Shown here in pieces: positions 1-16,593 of a stretch of DNA of 64,000 nt (positions within the stretch are counted from its first letter, which is position 1; each line of letters opens with the position of its first letter). The DNA lies in NCBI RefSeq assembly GCF_009914755.1, contig NC_060935.1; one strand, 5' to 3'. The DNA is from the human T2T-CHM13v2.0 reference genome, Homo sapiens. The notes below the pieces were generated by a model. That model did not search any database. It saw only the letters and a list, made by a program, of their open reading frames with translations, and had not been told where the DNA came from. The translations under genes were made by a program, and so were the position numbers.

Positions 1-5
1 CATAC

Positions 6-142
6 ATTTTCTCTTTTCTTCCTAATCACTGATCACTATTCACTTTCACTCCTGGGAGTCACAACTACATTTCCTATTGCAGCCTTGATTTTATTGAGTA
101 TTTTAAGCTAACAATTTAATCCAAATGCTTATTAAACTCTTT
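6..142 (-). pseudogene. Decayed exon (..KILNKIKAAIGNVVVTPRSESE..)
   Basis: Acceptor ttactttcccag| at 143-144; donor gtatg at 5-1; contains a frameshift and stops. Confidence 0.45.
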
Positions 143-241
143 CTGGGAAAGTAAATTAAATTATTTTAGTAAAACTAGACTTTTATTAGTACACCAGTAA
201 GCATGTAATGTTTATTACAGCTCAGAGATTTCAGCAAATAC

Positions 242-315
242 CTTTTAACTGAACTTATTTTGTAGCTGTCCCCTAGCAATTTTATTAAATTCAGTGGTAA
301 TTAACGATTAGGCAC
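242..315 (-). pseudogene. Decayed exon (VPNR*LPLNLIKLLGDSYKISSVK)
   Basis: Acceptor ttcatctag|, donor AG|gtattt; 74 bp. Confidence 0.45.
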
Positions 316-429
316 CTAGATGAACTGAGTTGAATATTAGTGAATGATAGGTACATTAACTATGGAGAAATACTGACGATGAGGTGAGGAAATGCAGGAA
401 TGGACTGATGAAAATAATGTTTAATTTCA

Positions 430-1335
430 GCAATATCATCCATGCTCATGGACTGAAATATCATCTATATGCCAACAACTTCCAAATTCACATCGTGCCA
501 AGACTTATCTGAGCTTCAAGCTACTTGAAAACTTCTCTTTAATGCATTATATGTATCTCAAGCTTCATGTACAAGAAGTAACTAACATTTTCGTTAAAAC
601 ATTCACCCCTAGTCTTTCTCATCTTAAAAATAAAAATAAAGAGCAAATACCAATCAACCTAGTTCCTTAAGTGAAAACTGTGTTAATTTTTCTTGATTAT
701 TTTTTTTTTAAATCACTTATCATATCCAATACACATTCAAGTTCTACTGACTTAACCTCGAAAGGACACTTTGAAAACAGCACAGTTAAGTAGACTCTCC
801 TTTTATCTTTACTACTCCACAAGCCAATCCTAAAACAGCACTGAGAGTGACCTTTATAAAACATACATTTGAGGATACTAACTGATAATCTCCAATCGCA
901 TCCTATAGGACTTAGAACAAAACCCAAATCCCTAACCCTTGCCTACAAGGCTTTGTAAAATCTGGCCCCATGTTATACCACTATCTCACTTGTTCCTTAT
1001 ATTCTAGCTTTATTGTCCTTCATTCTGGGCCTTGAAAATAGCAAGCCTGTTTCTATACTGTGGTCTTTATATTAGACCTTTCCTGTTCCTGGAATAATGT
1101 TCTGCCTCCGGATCACTTCATGGCAGCTCTTTCATGTTATTCAGACCTTAGCTTTACTGTGTCTCACAGGACTGCAAGGTCCTCTTTGAATACTCAATAC
1201 CTCCTAAGCCACTTTCTTGCATATCATCCTGTGACTGCACTCGTCTTGAACAGATATTAACTTGCTTTTGAATTTGTTCATTCTTTGATTGCTGCATTAC
1301 CCCCTCCATTGCCTATTAATAGAAAACAAGCTCTA
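430..1335 (+). mobile_element. L2 LINE fragments (ancient)
   Basis: Degenerate match to L2 3' region motifs (ccatgctcatggactgaaatatcatctatatgcc...tccaaattcacat). Confidence 0.55.
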
Positions 1336-1376
1336 TTTCTCCATATCAGCAAGTACTTTTCTATTCTGCCCCTTAC

Positions 1377-1512
1377 CTCCTTAGTATCCCTCTGATCTGT
1401 GACAGACAATAAAAACTTTTAAAATTTATAAAATATAATTATTATTTAAAAAGTTCTTCTTCCATTTCCTGACTCTTAATTTGAAATTAAAAATAGTCCC
1501 CTATATCTGAGG
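1377..1512 (-). pseudogene. Decayed exon (SDIGDYF*FQIKSQEMEEELFK..)
   Basis: Acceptor tttgtcttag|, strong donor GAG|gtaagg; phase-1 start matches the upstream exon end. Confidence 0.55.
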
Positions 1513-2025
1513 CTAAGACAAATAATCGAATGCTATATTCTCCTCCCTGTAAGTTTTCAAAAATAAACTACCAGGTACAGTGAGTATTCTTTAGCTTTGT
1601 ATTCAAGGCTTTTCAGGATCTCTTCAACCTATGCCAATTCTCTCTACTTTTTTTATGTTACATTTATTCTATTCAAGCTGAATGATTCCATTTTCTCATA
1701 GATGTGCTCCTGTAATATTTTATCTTCAAACATTTGTTATTACTGTCCTCTTTTCCTGGAATCTCCTTCTTCTCATGCCCACATTTTGATATTTTTGACC
1801 TTTAGAAATAGTTCCAAGGCATTATAAATAGACTCAATATATTCTTAAAATATTAGTCGTAGACTTTTTGTTTTTGGTAAATTCATACTTCTGGGCATCA
1901 GTTGCCTCATTTTTGAATTAAGAGGTTGAAGTCGACAAAATGACATATGTATGGACCCTTGAATGTATCACTACAGCATGAAGGGGAAATAACAGCCTTT
2001 TGCATAAAGGTTGCTGGAAAGTTAC

Positions 2026-2100
2026 CTAGATGAGAAAAAACTCAAACTCATGTGCATTTTGTACTAGATAGAAATTATTTGCAATTTTCTTGAATATAAT
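2026..2100 (-). pseudogene. Decayed exon (YIQENCK*FLSSTKCT..)
   Basis: Acceptor ttgtatag|, donor TAG|gtaact; 75 bp, phase 1 to phase 1. Confidence 0.4.
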
Positions 2101-2171
2101 CTATACAATAACATGTAATTTATGAGTGTAAGAGCTTTTATTTAATAGTAACATCAAACAGGTATACTTAT

Positions 2172-2369
2172 ATAGATCATTTAATAATCTACTGTGGAGT
2201 TTTCAGTATAAATTTCAAAGAATATACTGGGAACACTTTCGCATTATTTTCAAGCTATAAATAATTTTTCTTAATGACCCTACCAATTTGATAATAAATA
2301 ACCTTCAAAGTTTATCCTTGATCACAAAATCAATAGCCCCAACATGCTTTGGCTTACTTATTTATATAG
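2172..2369 (-). pseudogene. Decayed exon (..KPKHVGAIDFVIKDKL / VIYYQIGRVIKKNYL*LENNAKVFPVYSLKFILKTP..)
   Basis: Acceptor ttcttgtaacag|; donor-like ataagt (GT>AT); one frameshift. Confidence 0.45.
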
Positions 2370-2449
2370 CTGTTACAAGAATTATTAATTAACCATATAA
2401 ACCTCCTTGAGGATACAGTATTGAGCACAGTACAAAGCAAAAAACTAAC

Positions 2450-2726
2450 TTCTGTTTCAAAATCTTATTTTAAAAATCTCAGATTTGATATTGTAAAAGC
2501 CTGTGTTGTTACATTCTCCATCGTGAAGCTAATCAAGCAATGAAAGTTTCTTCACTAATTTCTCCCATAGTGCTTTTCAGCTTCAGTGAATTCCTTTCTT
2601 CTGTTTTCAACTTGAATTACCATACTAGTCTAATTTGTCCAAGGATTATCATTAATAATAAAAAATTGCAACCTTATATGAAAAGGTTTCTGACCTAGCA
2701 GTTTATGAGACTCTCTCTCTCTCTTT
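2450..2726 (-). pseudogene. Decayed exon (..HKLLGQKPFHIRLQFFIINDNPW..ENRRKEFTEAE / KALWEKLVKKLSLLD..)
   Basis: Acceptor taatctttacag|, donor |gttagt; protein-like frame with one frameshift. Confidence 0.55.
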
Positions 2727-3084
2727 CTGTAAAGATTAACACAGCAACGATTCTCAAACTTAAGTCTCAAGAGCTCTTTACACTATTAAAATTTTGTGAA
2801 CATTCCGAAGAGTTTTTATGGTGGGGGGTTACCTCGAAACATTTATGGTAGGGGAGGAGCCAAGATGGCTGAATAGGAACAGCTCTGGTCTACAGCTCCC
2901 AGCGTGAGCGACGCAGAAGACGGGTGACTTCTGCATTTCCAGCTGAGGTACCGGGTTCATCTCACTAGGGAGTGCCAGACAGTGGGTGCAGGTAAGTGGG
3001 TGCGCGCACCATGTGCGAGCTGAAGCAGGGCCAGGCATTGCCTCACCTGGGAAGCGCAAGGGGTCAGGGAGTTCCCTTTCCGAG

Positions 3085-3300
3085 TCAAAGAAAGGGGTGA
3101 CAGACGCACCTGGAAAATCGGGTCACTCCCACCCGAATACTGCGCTTTTCCCACCGGCTTAAAAAATGGCGCACCACGAGATTATATCCCGCACATGGCT
3201 GGGAGGGTCCTACGCCCATGGAGTCTTGCTGATTACTAGCACAGCAGTCTGAGATCAAACTGCAATGCAGCAGCGAGGCTGGGGGAGGGGCGCCCGCCAT
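3085..3300 (-). CDS. L1 ORF0 (71 aa), open
   Basis: MAGAPPPASL..RCVCHPFL*; ATG at 3300-3298 in the antisense 5'UTR. Confidence 0.75.
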   Translation of the reverse strand: MAGAPPPASLLHCSLISDCCASNQQDSMGVGPSQPCAGYNLVVRHFLSRWEKRSIRVGVTRFSRCVCHPFL

Positions 3301-3755
3301 TGCCCAGGCTTGCTTAGGTAAACAAAGCAGCCTGGAAGCTCTAACTGGGTGGAGCCCACCACAGCTCAAGGAGACCTGCCTGCCTCTGTAGGCTCCACCT
3401 CTGGGGGCAGGGCACAGACAAACAAAAAGACAGCAGTAACCTCTGCAGACTTAAATGTCCCTGTCTGACACCTTTGAAGAGAGCAGTGGTTCTCCCAGCA
3501 TGCAGCTAGAGATCTGAGAACAGGCAGACTGCCTCCTCAAGTGGCTCCCTGACCCCTGACCCCCGAGCAGCCTAACTGGGAGGCACCCCCCAGCAGGGGC
3601 ACACTGACACCTCACACGGCAGGGTATTCCAACAGACCTGCAGCTGAGGGTCCTGTCTGTTAGAAGGAAAACTAACAAACAGAAAGGACATCCACACCAA
3701 AAACCCATCTGTACATCACCATCATCAAAGACCAAAAGAAGATAAAACCACAAAG

Positions 3756-4772
3756 ACGGGGAAAAAACAGAAGAGAAAAACTGGAAACTCTAAAAAGCAG
3801 AGTGCCTCTCCTCCTCCAAAGGAACGCAGTTCCTCACCAGCAACAGAACAAAGCTGGATGGAGAATGACTTTGACAAGCTGAGAGAAGAAGGCTTCAGAA
3901 GATCAAATTACTCTGAGCTACGGGAGGACATTCAAACCAAAGGCAAAGAAGTTGAAAACTTTGAAAAAAATTTAGAAGAATGTATAACTAGAATAACCAA
4001 TACAGAGAAGTGCTTAAGGAGCTGATGGAGCTGAAAACCAAGGCTCGAGAACTATGTGAAGAATGCAGAAGCCACAGGAGCCGACACGATCAACTGGAAG
4101 AAAGGGTATCAGCAATGGAAGATGAAATGAATGAAATGACGCGAGAAGTGAAGTTTAGAGAAAAAAGAATAAAAAGAAATGAGCAAAGCCTCCAAGAAAT
4201 ATGGGACTATGTGAAAAGACCAAATCTATGTCTGATTGGTGTACCTGAAAGTGACAGGGGAGAATGGAACCAAGTTGGAAAACACTCTGCAGTATATTAT
4301 CCAGGAGAAATTCCCCAATCTAGCAAGGCAGGCCAACATTCAGATTCAGGAAATACAGAGAACGCCACAAAGATACTCCTTGAGAAGAGCAACTCCAAGA
4401 CACATAATTGTCAGATTCACCAAAGTCGAAATGAAGGAAAAAATGTTAAGGGCAGCCAGAAAGAAAGGTCGGGTTACCCTCAAAGGGAAGACCATCAGAC
4501 TAACCGCGGATCTCTCGGCAGAAACTCTACAAGCCAGAAGACAGTGGGGGCCAATATTCAACATTCTTAAAGAAAAGAATTTTCAACCCAGAATTTCATA
4601 TCCAGGCAAACTAAGCTTCATAAGTGAAGGAGAAATAAAATACTTTACAGACAAGCAAATGCTCAGAGATTTTGTCACCACCAGGCCTGCCCTAAAAGAG
4701 CTCCTGAAGGAAGCGCTAAACATGGAAAGGAACAACTGGTACCAGCCACTGCAAAATCATGCCAAAACATAA
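3756..4772 (+). pseudogene. L1 ORF1, disrupted
   Basis: Start codon ATG>ACG at 3756; frameshifts near 4016 and 4255. Confidence 0.9.
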
Positions 4773-4820
4773 AGACCATCGAGACGAGGAAGAAACTGCA
4801 TCAACTAACGAGCAAAATAA

Positions 4821-8650
<3,830 letters not shown>

Positions 8651-10207
8651 AGATCACGTGGACACAGGAAGGGGAATATCACACTCTGGGGACTGTGGTG
8701 GGGTGGGGGGAGGGGGGAGGCAAAGCATTGGGAGATATACCTAATGCTAGATGACAAGTTAGTGGGTGCAGCGCACCAGCATGGCACATATATACATATG
8801 TAACTAACCTGCAGAATGTGCACATGTACCCTAAAACTTAAAGTATAATAATAAATAAATAAATTAAAAAAAAAGAAGTTACTGAAAAATAAAATAAAAT
8901 AAAATAAAATAAAAAAGAAACATTTATTGTATTAGGCATTTTTAAATTATAATTTTTAAGATTTATTAATTCAATTTATAAAGCAATACGAAATCTATAA
9001 CATGTATATATTTTATTAAAAATAATTGTTTTTCAAAATAAAACAACTGTGGAAAAATTGTATCATTTTAATATTTTTATATATCTCATTATCTTCCATA
9101 ATAAAATGCCTGCTTTTGCACTCAAATTGTTGATTGTGAAGTTTATGTAGAATACGTACTCTCAATAGATATGTAATGGGGAAAACAAAGTGTATTTCAA
9201 TAGCCTTTTTATATCATTGTAGATTTTCTTCCTCAAAACTACAACCAAAGCATGATGTATTATTTTTTAAAAGCTATTTGCAATGTGGAATATGAAAGTA
9301 TATCAGTAAACTTTTCTGTTTCTTTAAAATTCATTGATGTATTCTATCTTTAGAATGTATCTTTTGTAGATGCATGCTGTTAATAAAATCTTTCAGTAGT
9401 CAATTCAAATATACTAATTCATGAAATTGTATAACTCTTCCAAATGTAAACATAATTCATGATAAAATATTTAAAATCCTATTGGCTAATATCACCAGTG
9501 ATGGCATCAGGAAAGTCTTTTTCTATTGGGAAGCACTTAGGATCATGTACATGTTTATCAAAATTATATTTTTCACTTGAAAGTTTAAATTCTATCAATG
9601 GCAAAAAAACACTGCCAGTCTTTCCTTGATTTTATAGACTCATTTATTCATTTAAAGAAAATATTTGCTACATATTCATCTGAATAACCATAGTTTGCTA
9701 TTTGTCATTCTGCCAAATAAAAATGGACAATAGTGAGGTCATAGAGATGAATGCAAAATAGCTAGCAAGAGCATAAAGATACTACTGAAAACACACTGAG
9801 TTAATCTCTGAATATGTACACATTCATATACAAAATCTATTACCTTAGAAAATCCTAGAAAACATGAGAACACCTTCCGTTAGTTGTCTAAGAAATACTG
9901 TCATCATGTGTCATGCATCCTCTAGGCAAATCTGCTGTATGCCCATAAAAAATGAGGGTGAGAAAAATCGCATCAGTTCTTATTACTATGAAAATAGTTT
10001 TGACCTCACAGACACACATAAAAGGAACCTCTAGTTGGCATAAACCACATTTTTGAGAAATACTGGATCAGGAAAAATAAAGTACCAGAAACTTAGTTTA
10101 ATTTCTGGAAATAGTGGGCATATTTGATATGTATATTCTTGTATAACTCTATAAACCAATTAGAATCGAGTTTTCTTAAGTGAAACTGTAATATAGTTCA
10201 TTCATAC

Positions 10208-10278
10208 CTTCTGAAAGTAAAAAAATTTTACACTCATAAAATAAGACATAAAATCCATTCTATTTATAGATCACAGAC
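10208..10278 (-). pseudogene. Possible small decayed exon
   Basis: Pyrimidine-rich tract ending ctctgtag|, donor AAG|gtatga; phases 0 to 2 fit its neighbours, but the frame has 3 stops. Confidence 0.3.
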
Positions 10279-10971
10279 CTACAGAGATCTTAGAGAGTTA
10301 AACCAAAGTCAAGTAGACAGAAACACAGAAAAATCACAGGTTCAAATCTCAAGAAGCAGTTCCCCTTTCTAATGCGTGGCAAATATCACAGGCTAAAATA
10401 ACATAGACTAAAAACTTGATTATTTGCGATCTCTTATCCAACAAAGTATAAATTCTATCATCCACCTGACTGAGAACACCAAATGGTCACATAAACTAGA
10501 TTACAATCTCTGCTCCCACCAACATGAAATAAATGATCATCTAGTAAATCAGCTTCACATATGCACAGGGTGCTCTCTCTGTCATGCATGTGAGAGCCTA
10601 GTACTCCAACATAACATATAGAGAAACACAGGTCCCTGGTCTGTGTTATGGAAAGGGATATGGCTGCAACACACCAATATAATAATATACTTGATTAAAA
10701 AATTAAAACACGAATATTAGAAGAAAGAAAACAACTGTAGGCAAATAGAAAGTCAGCAAAAATAAAGTGCTATTGTGTAGCTTGAGAATCATTTCAGAGG
10801 CCATGAAAAGATTTGCCTGGGCTTAAATAGCCCATAAGGTGCACTTCTCAGTGAAGAAAATTTAATTGATTCTGGGCAGGTGAGTCCACGGAACTTTTGG
10901 TGGCTCTCCAAAACTGTCAAATCACAATTTTCAAGCACTTTAAAATGTGATTAAATATATGTCAAACTTAC

Positions 10972-11163
10972 ACAAATTATTGCATCTGTCCAAAGAACAT
11001 TTTGGGGAACAAAGTATTTATAGTCTACTTGAGAAAGCATTCCAAAAAGCATGGACTGAGTTAGGAACAAAACACTTTAATAACCCACAGGGCTATAAAA
11101 TTTTGATCTTTGGGGCTACATTTTCTACATAAAAGTGATTATCTGCATCCCTATTACAAAGGT
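10972..11163 (-). pseudogene. Decayed exon (..QNFIALWVIKVFCS..QVDYKYFVPQNVLWTDAIIC)
   Basis: Acceptor aacttgtag|, consensus donor |gtaagt at 10971-10966. Confidence 0.5.
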
Positions 11164-11420
11164 CTACAAGTTAACATGTTATTTTAGTAATATAAGCTGT
11201 TAGTTAATAGCAAATAGTAAAATCAAACAAAGGTAAATTGTCCTAAAAACTAAATATTTCTTGGGTGATTTAAACCATTACTCAGTGAGATATTTAAAAG
11301 TCATGCCACTCACTTTTTACCTTATTTCTAAAATTTAAATAATTTATAATATTTTACAATTTGCAATAAATATTTTGTGATTAAAAAAATAAAAATAAAA
11401 TGTCTAAAATGTTTACGTAC

Positions 11421-14337
11421 CCACTCAAACAACTACTAGGAAATGAAAAATGTTTTCCTAATATTTTGGGTCATTTTAGGCTTTAGAGCGTTTAAATTGT
11501 AACATACTCAATCTTTATTTCCTTCGGAACTTACAAAACTGATTCAAGTACGGTTTTCATCTCAGAACTAGTGGGAGTATTGAGCTCAGATCAACTACCC
11601 CGGTGATGTAATAACAAAACAAAAATAAATCTTAAAAGTCTTTTGAAAAAATAGAATACTATTGTAAATGTTGGGTACCAAATGAGAGAGCTTAAAATTA
11701 AAGTAATAAAAATGCACCTAGTTTTCTATCATTTTTTGAAGTCATATACGGAAGTTCAAAAATCATTAGAATGAGGGATTTAAGGATTTATAACCCAAGA
11801 TTCAATTGGATGAATAATTAAAGCTTAATTCATCCATACAAAGAAATATCCAACTGTATTTGTTTGAGTGGTAAATTATTTATTATAAATGTTTTATTAT
11901 AAATGATGAGTGTTCTAGTTTTCTTTTAGAATTGGTATAAATCTAGGCAATGAAAAATTTAGTTATTGACATAAGAAGAAAATGAAGTCAGTCTGTTGAA
12001 GTGATTCCATTCCAGTACCATAAATACAATTAATGTTGGTTTTAATCAGCTTTGAAGCTAAAATAAAAGTCCTTCAGAGAGCTCCATCTATTATTTCAGT
12101 ATGGAATATTCTGCAAACAAGCTTATAGTATCTTGTCACTTATAATAATCAATAAGACATTTGACCAGTAATTCCTCAAATCCTGAGTACAATCTGCAGA
12201 TTTAAAGGCTGGCCCTTTGTCTTAAATTCCTTATCTCATCTTATTCGAAGTTCTACAGCAGAAAATTATCTCTAGTTCCTTTGCAGCTGTAAAATTGCAG
12301 TTTAACACAGAACACCAGAGGAAAACCACCCTTTCTTTCACAGCCTTGTCTCTAAATTGGCCTCAGTTGAACTCAAGGAAATAAATTATATTTACCAAAC
12401 ATTATAGATTATTTGGAGAAAAAGTAAAGGAAGTTATGTCTAGAAATCGGAAAAACAATGTTGAAGTTAGAAGAAGAAAAACAGTAAACCTGTTGAAATG
12501 AGCTCATCACATGCTCAGCCCATTCCAAAATTGCACCTGACTTGAAGTGTGTCCCTTTTATGATTTAAGAAACATAGAACCTGATTAAAAGACCCACAGT
12601 GTATATATCCAGCCCTTCTAGGGAAAAAAAAAAATCTCTTCTTAGGGTCTGGTTTGGGTCTAAAATTTCTATCAAACTTTCCTCATCCTTCATTCCATCA
12701 TTCACATTTGCAGAATAAACTAGAACACAATTACATTAGTTAGAGTAAAGCTAGGTTTCCCAACAGAAAAGCCTTTGTGATTATACCTGCCTGGGGGAAC
12801 AATCACAGTGTTACTTTGTCACCATTGTTAATAAGCTAGGCCTATTTACCAAACCTGTCACACCAGGTAAATAAGAAAGTTCAGCATTTTACAGACTTCT
12901 TATGAATCAAACTTTTAAATGAGTACCAACTTGAGAAAAACTGTTTATTGCTCGAATGCTCAATTCATTCATTCTGGCTCTGACCACATCAATGAAATGC
13001 ACAAGTGCTCTGCCATACTAAAGAAAGTCCTGAGCTCACAGATCAATATACTTTCTGCTTTTAACCAAATGTCATCCCCAAATATTTAATCCTTTATATA
13101 TTCAATAAAATCATCCAAAGATTCTGTCTAGACCTTTCATCTAGTGAAATCAGTTGCACCATATTTTGTTCTAATTCTGGTGATTTAATGATTACATCAT
13201 TTTAAAGTCAATTTTAACACGTTGTTGTCATTGATATGAGAGAAAGCCTCATTATTTGGGTAAATAAGAATGGAGTTTACAGAGGTCCCTTGTTTGTCAA
13301 CTAGTCTTTTCCTCTCAACTAGTCTTTCTACTCCTTTTCATTATCTCTACTATGTTTTGGCTCATTTTTTTCCACTTGTCACAATAATACAAATACTTTG
13401 TTCTTTCTTCATTTTTATCCTGTATTTTCTTAAATTCACTGACCAGTTTCTATTTTTACTAATGTAATAGAAAGAATATTGATTATTTAAACTAATGAGT
13501 TTTCTTTCGTACTTCTGCTGCTTTTGTCTCTCTAGATTTCCTAACCCCTTGTTAAGAGAATGATTATGTTCATGTTTACAGTTTGAAAGACTCAAATTTT
13601 AAAAATTTCAGTCCTTTCCTAAAGTGTCGATAGATAGCTTTAGTTCAATCCCAATCAAAATCCTGGAAAGGTGTGCTTGTGTGTGTGTGAGATGTGTGTG
13701 TGTGTTTGTGATGTGTATGTAAATGAAAAGTTGATTCTAAAATTTAAGTACACTTTTAAAACAGGCAAAACTTGTCTATAGTATTAAAAATCATAAAGGG
13801 TACTCTTGGGTAGAAATGAATGGATGGGTGCACAATAGAGTTTTCTGGGGTGCTACTGATGTTCTGTCCCTTATGGCAGCGTTGGTTAAAAGTGTACGAA
13901 AGTGAACCATCTATGCATTTAGGATTTGTGTACTTTTCTGTATATATGGTATACTTCAACAAAAAATGTCAAAATTGAGAAAAAAGAATCTTCAACATTT
14001 TTCAGAAATCTTCAACAACACATTTCTTAAAATTGCAACATTTGATCTGGGAATAACCCTATTTCCTGACTGGTGTGTTGATAGGCGAGATTAATTTCAG
14101 CAAAATCCTTTATTCAGATTGGGTTATGCCCCTCAACCCCGCCAGATTTAGACCTCCTTTTCCTATTTGAGGTGAAACTACATAACCTCCTTCTTAAAAC
14201 TTCAGGTTCTTTTTTATTAATTGCCAGACACACATACATGCACACACGCACACATTCACATACATCCTCTAAGGAAATACAATTATGCTTAGATTCACTG
14301 ATGTCTAAATCCACATTAATAAAGAATGATTATTTTC
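11421..14337 (-). pseudogene. Very large decayed exon (about 2.5 kb), interrupted by an L1ME fragment
   Basis: Acceptor ttattttctttag| is in phase with exon 14699-14600. Frames include IKDFAEINLAYQHTSQEIGLFPDQMLQF, ESLDDFIEYIKD*IFGDDIW, YGRALVHFIDVVRARMNELSIRAINSFSQVGTHLKV, DEESLIEILDP and SGFEELLVKCLIDYYK. The 3' end is approximate. Confidence 0.65.
13625..13980 (+). mobile_element. Ancient L1 (L1ME-like 3' end with ORF2 remnant)
   Basis: aaaacaggcaaaacttgtctatagt...ttctggggtgctactgatgttctg...atttgtgtacttttctgtatatatggtatacttcaacaaaaa matches L1ME 3'UTR motifs. Confidence 0.6.
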
Positions 14338-14599
14338 CTAAAGAAAATAACCTGTAGAAATATCATATACCTTAAATTAAAAAAAACTTATTATGCAAAA
14401 TAATTTTAACCTTCTTTAGCTTTATTTGGTTTTAAAAGACTATATCCAGAGACGTAATTGTAATATCATGTCTCTTTACTGTGATTCCCTCCACTGCAAA
14501 AACAACATCAACAACAACAACAACAAAAACACCATTTATGCTTATTAAGATAATACAAAAAGTCTGCAGAAGCTCAAGGGGTTTTAGTTTTTCACTTAC

Positions 14600-14699
14600 C
14601 CAAGATGGAAATAATTGGGTAATGCAATGCACACTGAGCCCCTTGTACATGCCCATATTTATTAACACTACCTTTATCATCACAACACGGCTCCCTGAT
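14600..14699 (-). pseudogene. Exon, open frame IREPCCDDKGSVNKYGHVQGAQCALHYPIISIL
   Basis: Acceptor ctttctcttcaacgatag|, donor TGG|gtaagt; 100 bp, phase 0 to 1, no stops. Confidence 0.7.
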
Positions 14700-15042
14700 C
14701 TATCGTTGAAGAGAAAGCCACAGAATATCTATGCTCTCTCCAGCCGGGAAAAATCCACAGGGGACATAGATTATTTTGATACATAAAAATTAAATTTATT
14801 TAAAAGGGAATATTACAAATTAATGGCAAAATATTTTTAAATATAGTTCTTAGAAAATTAGCTGAAAAAAGTCAGATAGTTATTTTATATCATAAACCAA
14901 TAAGGCTATATTTATTCCAATTAAATAAGTTAAATTTGAAAAATAATAACCTTAAAACACCAAAACCAATATAAACAAAATGTAACTCAATGAGGAAAGA
15001 AAATTAGAGGTGAATAGACTCATATATTTAAGTGCACACTTA

Positions 15043-15721
<679 letters not shown>

Positions 15722-15919
15722 CTACAAATTGTATAATAAAATGACAAATAAATTTTAAATAATATAAAAGTGTCCTAAACCTAAAACAGTAATAAATCAA
15801 AAAATAGATGTGAAAATTAGCATTTAAAAAATATTTTGCTTTAATACTAATCCAGTTACTTAATTTAATGCAATGAAATACTAGTTTCTGCCAAAAAAAT
15901 AATTAACAGTAATACTCAT

Positions 15920-16098
15920 TTCAATAGAAGATAGAGCAAGATCAGAACTTTTCACTGCTGATGGAAGATTACATTTTGCTGCAAGCCTGGAAATCATCTG
16001 GGGACTCTTTGCAAAGAGAACAAAAATATGTTCTACCTTCTGTCTTAGAACTAAACCTCTCAAAAATTCATTTTGAGTTAAAAACAGAGGTGTAGTAA
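15920..16098 (-). pseudogene. Exon, open frame TTPLFLTQNEFLRGLVLRQKVEHIFVLFAKSPQMISRLAAKCNLPSAVKSSDLALSSIE
   Basis: Acceptor ttctctacctaag|; 59 codons without a stop; donor mutated to ATGAGT; phase-0 end fits the next exon. Confidence 0.65.
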
Positions 16099-16593
16099 CT
16101 TAGGTAGAGAATAGGCATTATAGAATTGTGTTAAGGAATAAAAAAAGGAACCAATGTATAAAATAATAGGAGAGATTGTTCAGTAGTTTATGTTGTCCAT
16201 ATGTTATTGAATGTTATCCATCAATTGCATTATACTTTTGAAGAATATTTAATATAGGCTAAAGCTTAAGCAAGTAATTTTCAATAAAAGATGCAACAAT
16301 AATGAATTTGCAGATGACAAGTTTATGCCAATTTTATAAATAAATGTAAGAGATATTAAGACATTTACCTTTATTTCTATCTACATATAGTCTATGCATC
16401 TATCTATTTATTCCATTTGTCTACTGAAAACGTTTTCAACATAAAAATGTTAATCCATGGGTGGTGAAATTATCAGTGATTTAATCTTCTTTTTATACCC
16501 TTTTATTGTCCAATGTTTCTTAGAGAGCATTTATCTCCTTTAAAATCAGAAATCAAATGTTAGATAATTATAATGAAAACAATCAACTTATAC

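Noticed and set aside
697-1260. Short ORFs at 697-927 and 1060-1260
   Set aside because: They lie within L2 remnants and lack splice signals.
13297-13328. Short direct repeat tcaactagtcttt x2 (similar ones near 11880 and 13990)
   Set aside because: Ordinary slippage duplications; not an array or regulatory structure.
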